A stretch of 64,000 bases of DNA from Nemertoderma westbladi (GCA_032718475.1 JAUCBJ010005137.1:62001-126000); one strand, 5' to 3'; shown: positions 10,260 to 21,745, counted from the first letter of the stretch. Translations and numbers: made by a program. The notes: generated by a model not told the origin, from the sequence alone.

Positions 10260-13200
10260 GAGACCGAAAACTGTCCGGAAACTATGGAAGGCAAGATACT
10301 CTTCCTACAACCACTTCCCTAATCCGACAAATATCTAGGGACTCCATAACATAATAACATATGGAGTGGGCGTGTGACTATATCATTTTATATTTGTTTT
10401 TATTTTATATTTATGTATGTATTATTATGTAATTTTATTATAATCGTTTTCTTTAATTTTATTTAGTAGAATGTTATTTTAGTGATTATTTAGTAGATTA
10501 GTGCAATATATTAGTGTTTATTACGTACGTAATTACTTATAATATATTTAGTGTGACGGCGAGAAATAATTATTTTTTCTCTTTCCTTACTGTCCGTATC
10601 ATATTATAAATACGTGACTACAGTAAGATGAAATGTCCGTACTTATTAAAGTACAATAAAGCCACTACTATATTCAAGTATTATTGGTAGGCAGAGTATT
10701 AGGAATGCAAAGTTCAGATCCTCGTGTCTCGGCTAAACCAAGCTCTGGGTAGACCTTGGAAACGACTTGCCTCTTCACACTGACATTGCTTCGTGCGATA
10801 TTGCTCTCATACCATATATAATAATACATATAGTAGCGTGATGTCCCTATAACAGTAGCGTGAAACGCAAATAAATCTGTTAAACCTTTTGACCATCTGT
10901 AATTCTAGTCGATTAAGATATCGCGGCACCCACCGATATACTTGAAAGACAAATTCTAGAATCAGTGGTTAACGTCCCCAGACAAGTTCTGGAATAAATC
11001 GGTGCCCATCTTAAATATTAATTTAATATTTATTAAAATCTGTAAAATTCAGATCCTTTAAATTTCTAGTCAATTAAGATATCGTAGCACTTACCGATAC
11101 TCTTAAAAGACAAATTTCATAGAATTAAGGATCCTATGTCCCCAGACCTGCTCTGGAATCAAATTGTGTCAATTTTAACATCAAATAATAAAATTCACGG
11201 GAATAAATTTAAATTTATATTTTAAATGAATTTCATAAATTGTCATTTTGTACAATTTATAACATTCCCAAAATTCCATTAATTAATAGATCATGGGAGC
11301 GGAGATTCATCCTATTGAGTGTATTAGAGTGCGAGAATCTCCAACATATAGTCAATAGCCGATAAAATTAATAAAATCATGCATAAAGAGGATATTGACA
11401 ATTAAAGAATTATTATTAAATAGCATCCCAGATCTGTATGCATGAGAATTACCCTAATTCTACCGCTAGCATTCCATAATGTCACCATAGCAACACCCAC
11501 GCTAGAATTAGAAGCAAGTTAAAAGAACAATAGAAAGCTTGTCCCATTGCATAGCATAGAGAATATAGCACACTGCTAGTATCCAAGGATACACAGTAAT
11601 AACGTGACATTCTGGAAGGCACTGACTAACGGACAAATGGCCTGTATGTGTGCAGTTGGTGACAGTTGTGTGGAATTTGTGCGTTTATAGGTGAATGTTA
11701 CTGCTAAAGTATGTTTACAGTAGCTAGTCGCAATTGTAAAAGTAGCCCAACTCTCCTATAGAAAGAACCTAAGTGGATCCAAGCCTTTGGGACGGACAGT
11801 GGAGTGACTTGTGCCGGTTATCGTTGTCGTGCTGTTGCTACATGTTGGCGTAAACACCGCGACGACGGTACATCGGCGCTGAGAATCCCACTGTCCGGGG
11901 GCAAAGAGAAGTAGGCAGCGACGCCCGCTCGCCTAAATATAAACTTATTTGATATTAATAAACTCAGATAGCAGATATGACGGAGTTGATAGAAGATGAT
12001 CTTGGTATTAGGGAGCGATATACTCTACCTTTACAAGCATTTGTGGATAGCTTAATACGCGGTGAAGCCGATCCAACCATTACGGAGGACGATGGTCGTT
12101 ATATCGAACCGCCGATGTCCCAAGAGCAACTTGCGCGTGAATTGGACTATCGAAAATTCACCACTCGCTATACGAATCGTAATGGTACGTATATGGACTT
12201 CTTAACGACCGGCCATCCTATCGATTTACATGATACGGACGATGTAGATACAGAGAGGGAAATGGTTCTATTTAAATATCATACCCAGCGGAGTCGTAAC
12301 GATAAACCGAGAATAGATCACGAAAATTCTATTCGTAATAGACTGGAAAGAGAAAACGTTGAAGAACCGGATAAACGCATCGACTTCAACGAATACCTAG
12401 AATTTTTGAGAGAAACCTATCTCAACATCGCTAGTCAGCAGAACTTAGAGACTCGATATCCTCAAGGTATCCATCACGACCCTGTGGTAGAACTCAAACG
12501 GCTCTATTTCACTATGATGTATCTTACCGCCGATCGTCCACTACCTGTTATCCCGGATAGTTTTGAACAAATGGAAGAATATTGCAAAACTGGAGAACGT
12601 TCACCCGCGTTTCCTCTACAGGACGTACGTCTTTGGTATTATTGTGACGAATGCCCTAGACCCAACCAACAAACTGAAAGACACAAACATCCGCGGAGAC
12701 GTTGCGCTAAACATAGTTTTACGCGTTACACTTACGGGAGTTTCGAGCGAAACCTGTTCGACGTACCACCCACGATCGCTCGTCTTAAACGATCACTGAA
12801 TAAACCCATGATCAGAGTTCCGGAATACTCGGTCAGGCCTCCTCATTCCCTAGTGAGACCTCAAACTCTTGATCCTAACAGTATCACTGATCCTCCCGAA
12901 CTATATTCCCTGTTCAAAGACTTAGTGTTACCCGAACAATTAATCGGTGGTGCTCCGGTAGTGGGTTCGTTAGACATCCGCCCATCCTACTTAGCCGGAT
13001 TGGGACGCGGGCAGCTAATATCGCCCTTTGATCCTTACAATCGTCCAGGATTAAACCCGATGCAACCCGCCACGGAAGTCGAGGAGAGCGTTATAAGAAA
13101 CGCTTTAGACGCCATTCGACAGAAAATCGGAAAGGGAACACAAGATTGTTTAGAGAAACGTAAATTACAACAACAAGTCCAATCGGTGAAGGAGTTAGCC

Positions 13201-16200
13201 TTGCCACAGTTCGATAGAGAAATCCAAAACCTCGAGGAAGACATCGAGCTTGGACGCACGTATTCTCTACAAGAATTTTTAGATGAACGCTTACAGAGAC
13301 AAGCGGAAGAAAATCTACTCGAAGAGAAACACACGAAACTGGAAGAGAGAGAAGAAGCCGCTTTAGCCCAACCGGAAGCTCAAATCCTCATGACGGACCT
13401 CTACTCTAAAACCGTTCGTCATCCCTCGATGATTCCACATTTCGGGGACAAGCTCTTCGCGACGATACAACCTCAACCGGTTGATATCAGTACAGGATCG
13501 CAAAATCTTATCGCTGACGCCCCTATGTTACAGCGTCCGCCGATCGAGGCCGCTCGTGTTGACGGTATACTCGTTGAACCTCCGGACAATCGAGCGGATC
13601 TTGTCCGTCGTATGGTACACGATGTCAACATACGCGCTAGACCTTTACAGAACTCGTTTTATGGGATTAAAGACCACCCTTATTACGTTAATCTGACTCA
13701 ATATTATATGGTAAAACCAGAAGACCCGACGCATAATTTAAAGTTTCTACCACTAATAAATCCTCTAGACATTGTCGAACTCGAACAATTGCAGAAACAT
13801 CTGGATCAGTTAGTAAAGGTAAACTCATTTAGAAAACCATATAACATTTCTCGAATCGAGAAAGATATAGAACCTCCTTATAATCTCGATGGATTTATTA
13901 AAACTCGATTAGTCCATTGGAATCTAGATGTATTATTTGAAGAAGAGAAAATACAAAGATATGGAAATGTGGAGACGTATACCACTCGGCATATGAAGTA
14001 TAGTGATCTCCCTGACGCTAACCAATGCGCCACCTTGTGGCATCCAGTAGGGATGACCCTAGAGAACGCCACCAAGGAGTGGAATGAAACTCTTAATGTT
14101 ATTGAGATGTATGGAGTTGTCACCTACGATAATGAAGGTAGCGTTCCGGTCGGAGAACTAGGAACTACGCGCATGATCCACATACGCGGATTAGCTGGTT
14201 CTACCCACGTGTTTACTCGAGCGTGTTCCGACGTGATTGATTATTCTTTTGAAACTCTCACCGAAACACAAAAGAATCTCCGACATGGACAATTCGAACT
14301 CGCGCAGCGTTACGTCATTGACACCGAACGCAAACCGGCCATGGGCATCGATGGATCGATGTTACCCCAGCCCGTACTCGAGATGTTGTTCAACGAAAGA
14401 ATCCTTAAAATCGGCTCAGCTGTTTATGGAGATCTCCAAAACGACTTTCGGAATATGGAGAACATTCCATACCCTTTCGTTGATACTCAGCTGATTGCTC
14501 CCTGGGCAGAAGGTCGAGGTTTCTTCCGCACCATGTATGCTAATACGTCTAGCAACATTACAAAGGTGCAACGAACTTCCATCGGACATCTTGCCTTTCA
14601 GGAATACGGATGGAATTTCAAAGTCGGAAATCCCATTAACTATCAACAAGTATACGGAGATCATTATTCTCGATTGTACTTTGATGGACCATTGACCGCA
14701 CCTGGCGCCGTGTATAGCTTCATGAGTGTTCCACTCCGTCCCTCCTTAGCTATTTACACGATCTTTGAAAACACCGCACTTGCCGGTTGGCTAGCCGATG
14801 TGTGCAGTCGTACTATACGCGCCCATCCATTAATACTTGGGACCAAACTCGCTAAGCTAGATGAACATAATAAATTCATCCGTTTCGAATGTTTCCGGCG
14901 ATTTTTAACCCCGTTCCGCAACGTGGATAGCCAATTTAAAGACCGCGCTTTGACCAAACTCAGCCTAAGAAACTCAGCTGCAGAGAAGTTGGATAGTGCT
15001 GGATTCGCCATTTTCCAAGAGATTTGTATATCGAACTTGCACTCCTCTGTTATACAAAGACCTCGAATCCCCACCGGTTATTCTGTCGTGGAAATTCAGA
15101 CAATAGGTCCACCTGAAGAGACAGACACGCCCACCTCAGCTATGCACTTGGAAGACGAACCAATATGTCTAGAATCTGAGGAGATTCAGCCTATCGCGCC
15201 CCGGAACAGCGACAACGATTACATCATAGAATGGTATCAAGGTCCACAGTGTCTCACTGCGTACGATTATCGACATGCCAACTATGTTTCTAGGCAACGT
15301 TGTCGGTTATGCGCATCGAGAGACCACGATACGCCCATGGACACCAACGTCCGCTGTTCCTATTTCCAAGAACAACCGACTATGGAAATTTATTGCGCAT
15401 ATTGCAGACTCAATAACTTGCATATCTTTGCAGTTTGCCCTCAATTTATGACTCAATGTCACCATTGTCAATTAAAGGGACATGCCAGTTTCGATTGCCC
15501 TTTTAATCACGATTTGGAAAGCGTAGATGAAATGATCACACTACGTTACATCAGAGCTTGGGAAGCGAACGCTGATTTACATTGTGATTCGCGCCATCGC
15601 TATTATCCCGGACGCGCTTACGAAGGAGTTTATGCGTTCCATCCTTATCTATTCGCTTTGGTTGAACAGAAATCACGCATATCGAGTTACGAGCTACTGA
15701 AGCGCGTCGGAGAATGTATTTCAACCAAATTCGTACGCAAATTTCTCAGGAGTGTTAATCCTAGCGACCTTCATTCCTATAACTTAATCAATTATATCCG
15801 TCAGGATCCGGACTATGGAGACTTGTTTGTTAACTCACACCCCGAGTTACAGGAAGTATATCGACGGCCTTATGAATACCGAGCCCGCGAACGCGAGTTG
15901 GAAAGAACCATTAAACCCCGGAGGTTTCTAACTGCCTATGGTCTACCCACGGCCCTCGTTCAGACCACTCGTAAAGGACCCGTAAGAGCAGCTGTCTTGA
16001 AACGAGCTCTCAAAGCCGTTAGACCCCTCTCACCTGACGTTGATGTCAATCAACCCGGTACTTCGACTGGCGGATACACCGACCATAATCCTACACCCTC
16101 TGATGCAATCATATTGCACCCTTCACCCAGGAGTTATAGCCCTCCTTGTAAAGTGGCTCACCCCAAAGAGAAAAGGACTCTGGCTAGCTTTAAAAAACTG

Positions 16201-16718
16201 CGTAAACGCCGTCCGCGCAAGAAAGACTAACTGTTTAGAGTATTTACGTATATTAGAAACTGTGATTTTGTATATTTTATAGACTCAAATCTCATTTTCT
16301 GGGAGCGGTGTAAAAGCTTCTGTGGGATATAACTGGCCCTTTTGCTTCGCAATCCAGTTTCCCCCCTGGCGCTGAAATACTCTAAAAGGCTCTCTAACTA
16401 TATACATATATTCCCCTCGCCCGCAAGGTACCGTTATAGGTGTTTTAACGGACATAAAAGTCATTCTTCTATATACGTGTTTTGGCGGACATGGTAAGGC
16501 AAAAAACCCGCAATGCACCAAATACCTTACACAGCTTAGCCTGGATGATTCAGATTGCGACATCTAACAGCTGGTTGCTGACATGGAAATGGCCATTGGG
16601 CACACGGTTCTTTGTTTAGCTTAAGCCAATCAGAGCGATTTTTTCTGTCGATGTGGAGATATTCGGCCGATCATACTAGGAGTGTTCAGTCTTACTGTTT
16701 TTTCTTGATACTGTTGTG
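10260..16718 (+). mobile_element. BEL/Pao copy B, 3' part: ORF1 tail, spacer, intact ORF2, PPT, truncated 3' LTR (16309-16718)
   Basis: Starts GAGACCGAAAACTGTCCGG (equivalent to 5954); GGGAGCGG-TGTAAAAGC at 16301-16317; LTR similarity stops at ~16718. Confidence 0.9.
11977..16230 (+). CDS. Retroelement ORF2: coiled-coil + WRN/Mut-7/EXD-like DEDDy 3'-5' exonuclease + three CCHC zinc knuckles + basic NLS-like tail
   Basis: ExoI-like VVTYDNEG; LPQPVLEMLFNERILKIGSAVYGDL (WRN-exo ExoII-like); FVDTQ; ExoIII-like IYTIFE; CRLC..H..C, CAYCRLNNLHIFAVC, CHHCQLKGHASFDC; C-terminal KKLRKRRPRKK. Confidence 0.78.
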   Translation: MTELIEDDLGIRERYTLPLQAFVDSLIRGEADPTITEDDGRYIEPPMSQEQLARELDYRKFTTRYTNRNGTYMDFLTTGHPIDLHDTDDVDTEREMVLFKYHTQRSRNDKPRIDHENSIRNRLERENVEEPDKRIDFNEYLEFLRETYLNIASQQNLETRYPQGIHHDPVVELKRLYFTMMYLTADRPLPVIPDSFEQMEEYCKTGERSPAFPLQDVRLWYYCDECPRPNQQTERHKHPRRRCAKHSFTRYTYGSFERNLFDVPPTIARLKRSLNKPMIRVPEYSVRPPHSLVRPQTLDPNSITDPPELYSLFKDLVLPEQLIGGAPVVGSLDIRPSYLAGLGRGQLISPFDPYNRPGLNPMQPATEVEESVIRNALDAIRQKIGKGTQDCLEKRKLQQQVQSVKELALPQFDREIQNLEEDIELGRTYSLQEFLDERLQRQAEENLLEEKHTKLEEREEAALAQPEAQILMTDLYSKTVRHPSMIPHFGDKLFATIQPQPVDISTGSQNLIADAPMLQRPPIEAARVDGILVEPPDNRADLVRRMVHDVNIRARPLQNSFYGIKDHPYYVNLTQYYMVKPEDPTHNLKFLPLINPLDIVELEQLQKHLDQLVKVNSFRKPYNISRIEKDIEPPYNLDGFIKTRLVHWNLDVLFEEEKIQRYGNVETYTTRHMKYSDLPDANQCATLWHPVGMTLENATKEWNETLNVIEMYGVVTYDNEGSVPVGELGTTRMIHIRGLAGSTHVFTRACSDVIDYSFETLTETQKNLRHGQFELAQRYVIDTERKPAMGIDGSMLPQPVLEMLFNERILKIGSAVYGDLQNDFRNMENIPYPFVDTQLIAPWAEGRGFFRTMYANTSSNITKVQRTSIGHLAFQEYGWNFKVGNPINYQQVYGDHYSRLYFDGPLTAPGAVYSFMSVPLRPSLAIYTIFENTALAGWLADVCSRTIRAHPLILGTKLAKLDEHNKFIRFECFRRFLTPFRNVDSQFKDRALTKLSLRNSAAEKLDSAGFAIFQEICISNLHSSVIQRPRIPTGYSVVEIQTIGPPEETDTPTSAMHLEDEPICLESEEIQPIAPRNSDNDYIIEWYQGPQCLTAYDYRHANYVSRQRCRLCASRDHDTPMDTNVRCSYFQEQPTMEIYCAYCRLNNLHIFAVCPQFMTQCHHCQLKGHASFDCPFNHDLESVDEMITLRYIRAWEANADLHCDSRHRYYPGRAYEGVYAFHPYLFALVEQKSRISSYELLKRVGECISTKFVRKFLRSVNPSDLHSYNLINYIRQDPDYGDLFVNSHPELQEVYRRPYEYRARERELERTIKPRRFLTAYGLPTALVQTTRKGPVRAAVLKRALKAVRPLSPDVDVNQPGTSTGGYTDHNPTPSDAIILHPSPRSYSPPCKVAHPKEKRTLASFKKLRKRRPRKKD

Positions 16719-17700
16719 AGTAGTAGGAGAAGCATAGCCCTCCAATAACTCCTCCCTAGCCTGGGCTACGGGCCACATCTCGGAGGCAATTAAAAAATGC
16801 CAAATTCCGGTGCTAAATCGAGGTGTTTAATGACCATCTGTCACCATCAATATTGATTCGCGTCGTTGCCTTCAGCCAATCGCTGCCTATCACCTACGCG
16901 TAGCCTAACCTCACGATGCCCTCCTTACTCCTACAGCTGTTACCTCCCGTCAGTATTGGTTCGTGTCGTTGCATCAACCAACCATAGCATATTCATCTTC
17001 GCGTACCCAAACCTCTCATCGTGTGGCTAGCCCCACACTACCCAATTATATCGAATCGATCGCCAACTCACCACGGTTACTCTTCGACTGCTGTCGCCAA
17101 ACCAATCAACGCTATTATGATACGTGTTGAAATTCCACCACGTTTCCGGCTACACGTATACGAATATTTCCATAGTTATTTCCTATCCAACCAACCAACC
17201 TGTGTATACTGTATATGCTGACAACGTGGCCACCAACTACAGCAGATATTATATTGATTACCAACTCCACGACCGCTGTCGCCAAACCAATCAACCGAGC
17301 AGCCTGCCTACACCAACGCTATTATGATACGTGATGAAATTCCGCCACGTTCTAGCTACACGTATACGAATATTTCCATATTAGTTACTCAAGCTAACCG
17401 ATCCAGCAGCATCTGTGCCATATTGAAAGGCTACCACCACCACCACCACTAACATTATATACTGCGCGTTTTTTATTATAATAATTATTGATTATTACAC
17501 ACAACCCTATGATTCATATTCATGCAACCAACCATTCATCCACGTTGCTCCCCATCTCTTTTCTTATTCGTTGATGATTATGACACGTACCATCTATGCT
17601 TCGTTGACTATGCCACATCGCAAATTTATATATATAAGTGAATGTTTTTAATAAAATTCATCACTTGTAATCTTTTTCATGGTAATATATTGATACTTTT

Positions 17701-17901
17701 GTTCTCACTCTAAAATTGTGTTATCTCCTTAATAATTTATACATTATCTTACTCGTTGTATATTCGTTGGTCGGAAAACGACACCACATAAAATGATACT
17801 GATACCAGCATTGGGTATCGACCTAAAAACGAAAATCTGAGACACATCAGTATCATTTTATCAGCTGTCGTTTTCCGACCATCACAATTTTAGAGTGAGA
17901 A
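17701..17901. repeat. Imperfect inverted repeat (hairpin or small MITE) upstream of the Polinton ORF
   Basis: GTTCTCACTCTAAAATTGTG / CACAATTTTAGAGTGAGAAC and GGTCGGAAAACGACA..ATAAAATGATACTGAT / ATCAGTATCATTTTAT..TGTCGTTTTCCGACC. Confidence 0.8.
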
Positions 17902-17978
17902 CTATGGTGTCAATTTATTACAGCGATACAGTTTAAAATTTATCACTTGTAATATTTTTCGTATTTATTATTATTATT

Positions 17979-19046
17979 ATGGCCTTAACACAAAAAACCG
18001 GAGCAACAAATAGCTGGAAATTTACTTACAATAAATATACTTGTACCGTCGTTCACAGCAAGTATTTTATTGTGGAATCTCAGGATGACAACGAATCGAT
18101 TTGTTTTTCCCATCAAGATACCCGCTATTTGTTAGACATTCTAGAAACAACCAACAACAACAACCAACATCAATCCAGACCAGCAATTATACCAGGTAGG
18201 ATATATCCAACTCCTCGTTTTGCGCGGGGAAATTTGAATATTTCCATCAACCCCACTTCGGGTGATGTTTACGTTCAGAAACAAGGCAAATGTAAACTTC
18301 TCAACAAAGCTTTTACTGAAGTTCTAATTCAATACAGAGGGAAATTATTGCAATTTCTCTCTCCACCGCTAGAGATTATTAGCGATCAATTCTACATTGA
18401 ATTATCAAATCCAGACTTTATTGGATTTGTAACAGCTTTTAAAGGAACCAACTATGTAGGCTTATGGAAAATCAGCCTCAGATACGTTGATAGTGTTGGT
18501 TTTAACTATTATACGGGTTTCAATTTGTCAAAACAGGAACTAACTGTTTTGCTGCGAGAGTGGGACAACCAAGTTGCTGAAACAGACAAACATCTTTTTG
18601 ATAAAAATATCATTCAATTATCAGACCGGCTCAAAATGATTAAAACTAATAATAAAAAAATTATTATCACCAACACCGATAATTCTATCGAAGTAGGTGC
18701 CGGCGGAAATTCTATCGAGTTGCATTACATGAATGATAAAGCTCATATTAGTTTTCTCAAAGAATCGCTGGATGACGTTTCTCTTACTGAAGCCCGCGTT
18801 GACGGTTTTGTCCTTTTGGATAAACCTAAAGCGTTCGTAGAGATCCCATCACCTAATCCAGATGTTGAAGAGAGTTGCTCTCAACCGCAACAGGTCTTTC
18901 CTGAAATATTACCTCGGAAGCCAAGATCATCGAGTAAATTTACCAACGCATCACCTGCAAAGAAACAGAAAATCGTCAGTAACCCAGCTCTAGTAGAACC
19001 TGTTACTAATTCTCCATGGAAACCAGATTATTATCCTAACATGTAA
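17979..19046 (+). CDS. Polinton accessory protein with a PC4-like ssDNA-binding motif
   Basis: VTAFKGTNYVGLW...GFNLSKQELTVL resembles the PC4 consensus VSEFKGKxYVDIR...GISLTxEQWxxL; intact 355-aa ORF. Confidence 0.55.
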   Translation: MALTQKTGATNSWKFTYNKYTCTVVHSKYFIVESQDDNESICFSHQDTRYLLDILETTNNNNQHQSRPAIIPGRIYPTPRFARGNLNISINPTSGDVYVQKQGKCKLLNKAFTEVLIQYRGKLLQFLSPPLEIISDQFYIELSNPDFIGFVTAFKGTNYVGLWKISLRYVDSVGFNYYTGFNLSKQELTVLLREWDNQVAETDKHLFDKNIIQLSDRLKMIKTNNKKIIITNTDNSIEVGAGGNSIELHYMNDKAHISFLKESLDDVSLTEARVDGFVLLDKPKAFVEIPSPNPDVEESCSQPQQVFPEILPRKPRSSSKFTNASPAKKQKIVSNPALVEPVTNSPWKPDYYPNM

Positions 19047-19191
19047 GCCTAATCATAAGTTAAACTCTTTGCGGTTTCCAATAGTCATAAGCGATTGGTG
19101 ATTGGTTTAAAATTATTTCCCTTGCTAGCATATAAATGTTTAGATGTATTCAATAACATTTCATTTCATTTTATTTTAATCTTTGGAGATA

Positions 19192-19237
<46 letters not shown>

Positions 19238-19256
19238 TATCTAAACAAACTTCAAC

Positions 19257-19985
19257 ATGGATAAAATAACAATATGTTGTTCATTCTGTCATATGAATGT
19301 AACTAGACATAATTACTTACGCCATCTACGGTCACATTTTGAAAGTTATTCTTGTTTAAAGTGTCACGTCGTGACTTCATGCAGCGAAATTTGTAAACGA
19401 CATGAAACGACTACTGGTTGTAAAGAAATGCAGTTCCGTACCTATCAATTGACTTGTTCTACCTGTAATAAAGAGTATACATATGACGATTATCTACGAC
19501 ACGACTGTCACTTGAAATGTTACTACACAAGAAAGCGTAAATTTTCGCAACATAAAAATATAATATCCAGAAAAAACTTAAGAGTGGCTCTTGGTACATG
19601 CGCAACAATTTTTACGCGGGAACAAGAAGCTCACGATAATCGTCTTGAAATTTATGTCCACGACCTCCCAACTTCTAGAGATTATCCCGATGTGGAAACA
19701 GCAGTAACGCAAATTCGAGGTAATATTCTTCAGTTAATATTAGACAGATTGAAAGATATGAATGTTCTTAGACTGTGGTTAGGTCTAAATGTATTAATGT
19801 ACAGATCACATTTTTCACAAGGTGAACAATTGGAAACCTTTTATTTTAATTCTTCCGGTGGTGCTATTAATACTGTAGATTCACCGCAAAGTTTTGACGC
19901 ATGGTTTGAGAATGTTTTGGAAAATATATTACAAAAAATAGCCATCTTTAACACACGTGGTTCGGGGTGGCGTATTAAATCTTTA
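19257..19985 (+). pseudogene. N-terminus of a Polinton protein-primed DNA polymerase B (Zn fingers + GSGW motif), truncated by MITE insertion
   Basis: CSFC..YLRHLRSH, CSTC..YLRH, FYFNS, ILQKIAIFNTRGSGWRIKSL; the rest of the tracked ORF (to 20288) is read-through into the MITE. Confidence 0.7.
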
Positions 19986-19989
19986 TTAA

Positions 19990-21533
19990 CCCTATTAGTA
20001 CCGGGCTATAAAATGTTGTACAAATACCGGGAGGGGGTCATATTGACCCCCCCCTCTAAAATCTACAAATATTTACGAAAACGTCTGATTTTTTGTTTGT
20101 ACGTAGGTATCACTTGTCTGGATCCGACCGAAAAAAAAAATTTTCGAAAAAATGTACTGGGGTGGTTATATTGCAGCACCAAAATTACAAGTAGTGCACA
20201 ATTTTCACCAAATTTGAAAGTTACATTTTCGGCTAATTATTTTTCAATACAGGTTTTCTGGGGTGTAAAATACATTGGAAAATATTAAAAAATAATATGA
20301 TTACTATAAATGGCTGTTTAGTCCTCTCTGCGTAGGAAAAAAATGAAAAAAACAAGTAACCAGCACTTTTCAGTTAGAACACAAAATTTTTAATTCACTT
20401 ATACGATGCTATAAATTCACATTTTCAGGTTTTCGAGGGCGCTGATTCTAATGGAATACATTTCTAATATGCTAGATCATTGCTACTTGTATTATTCGGC
20501 GTAATTTGGCAAATTTTGGTGCTAGCACCAAATTTCGTACCCATCACCAAAAAGTACAAGTTTGCGATGTCCAGTGCAGTTTTTATTGATTCCATCGGAT
20601 TCAGGACCCTCATAAACCCGTATAACGCAAGAAACAAGGTGATACTATCTACTTATCAATTTGCATATTTTCCAAAATTTGGTGCTGGCACAACAATTTT
20701 CACCCACCGGCGAAAAATACAAGTTTGACAACTCTTATGAAATTTTTACTGATTCCATTGAATACAGAACCATCACAAACCCGTATAACGCAAGAAACAA
20801 GGTGACACCATCAATTGATATATTTGATGGTTTTCAAAATTTGGTGCTAGCACCACATTTTGCACCCACATCCGAAAAATACAAGTTTCAGATGTCTAGT
20901 TCGATAATTATATTTTCCATTGAATTCAGAACAGCCATAAACCTCTAAAACGCAAGAAATAAATTCTCACAAGCAATTTTATCTATTGAATTGATTTTCA
21001 AAATTTCGTGCTAGCACCAAAATTTGCACACAGCACCGAAAAACACAAGTTTGATACGCTTGGTGCGACTCGTATATATTTCTTCTAATCCAGAAACCCA
21101 AAAAACCCAAATTGCGTAAAAAACAAGTTTCAAACGATCAATTTACAAAATTGACTTATTTCAAAATTTGGTGCTGGCACCAAAATTTGGCACCCACCGA
21201 AAAAAACAAGTTTAAAATTTCTAAATCAATTTATATGAATTCCATCAAATTTCTAACACCAAAAAACCCGTGTAAATAAAAAATAGAGATGTTACAATTC
21301 ATATTTAATGAAATGTAATTTTCAAAAAACGTCTCAAAAAAAGTACCAAAAGTAGGGTTAAAAAATGGCGCTATAACTCGAAAAGTACCCAATATTTTTG
21401 AAAACGGTTTTCACTACTAGGAAGACAATAGATTTTTAGGAAAAGTCATAAAATTTCAGATTCCCAACTGCGTTTGTTTCAGAATTATAATAAAAAAACC
21501 ACGGGAGGGGTCATATTGACCCCCCCCCCCGGG
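19990..21533. mobile_element. piggyBac-like non-autonomous element with internal ~160-bp degenerate repeats
   Basis: TTAA|CCCTATTAGTACCGGG start; subterminal palindrome GGGGTCATATTGACCCC at both ends; right terminus damaged; repeated TTTGGTGCTAGCACCAAA palindromes. Confidence 0.7.
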
Positions 21534-21545
21534 TTTAATTACTAC

Positions 21546-21745
21546 TCATAACACTTCAAATGGTTCAGTGTCACCGTCAACAGTAGACACAAATGTTGTC
21601 GAACCATCGTATACTGATCTGATTGCTGCAATAATTTCATCAGGAATCCCATATAATGAAAGTATGCTGAACATACGTGAGCGAGAGACTGGATCAAAGG
21701 CCTTGAAGAAGTCAACAAAGATAACAGCCAGATGCCAAAATTTGC
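21546..21745 (-). mobile_element. RTE-like LINE reverse transcriptase fragment
   Basis: FVDFFKAFDPVSRSRMFSILSLYGIPDEIIAAIRSVY. Confidence 0.8.

Larger units (their letters stand above)
16719..19985 (+). mobile_element. Left portion of a Polinton/Maverick (adintovirus-like) inserted in the LTR of copy B
   Basis: Begins with the AGTAGT Polinton-type terminus exactly where LTR homology ends; subterminal direct repeats (~17085-17175 / ~17270-17380); two intronless ORFs incl. a pPolB-like N-terminus. Confidence 0.72.

Noticed and set aside
11977-16230. ORF2 as an Env protein or a Nanos gene
   Set aside because: No signal peptide or TM anchor seen; CCHC spacing differs from the canonical Nanos C2-C12-H10-C pattern
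19986-20948. C-terminal part of ORF 19257-20288 and ORFs 20480/20661 as a transposase
   Set aside because: Read-through into non-coding MITE repeats; no DDD motifs
21541-21546. ACTACT as the right Polinton terminus
   Set aside because: No extended inverted match to 16719 onward and no GTTGTG TSD
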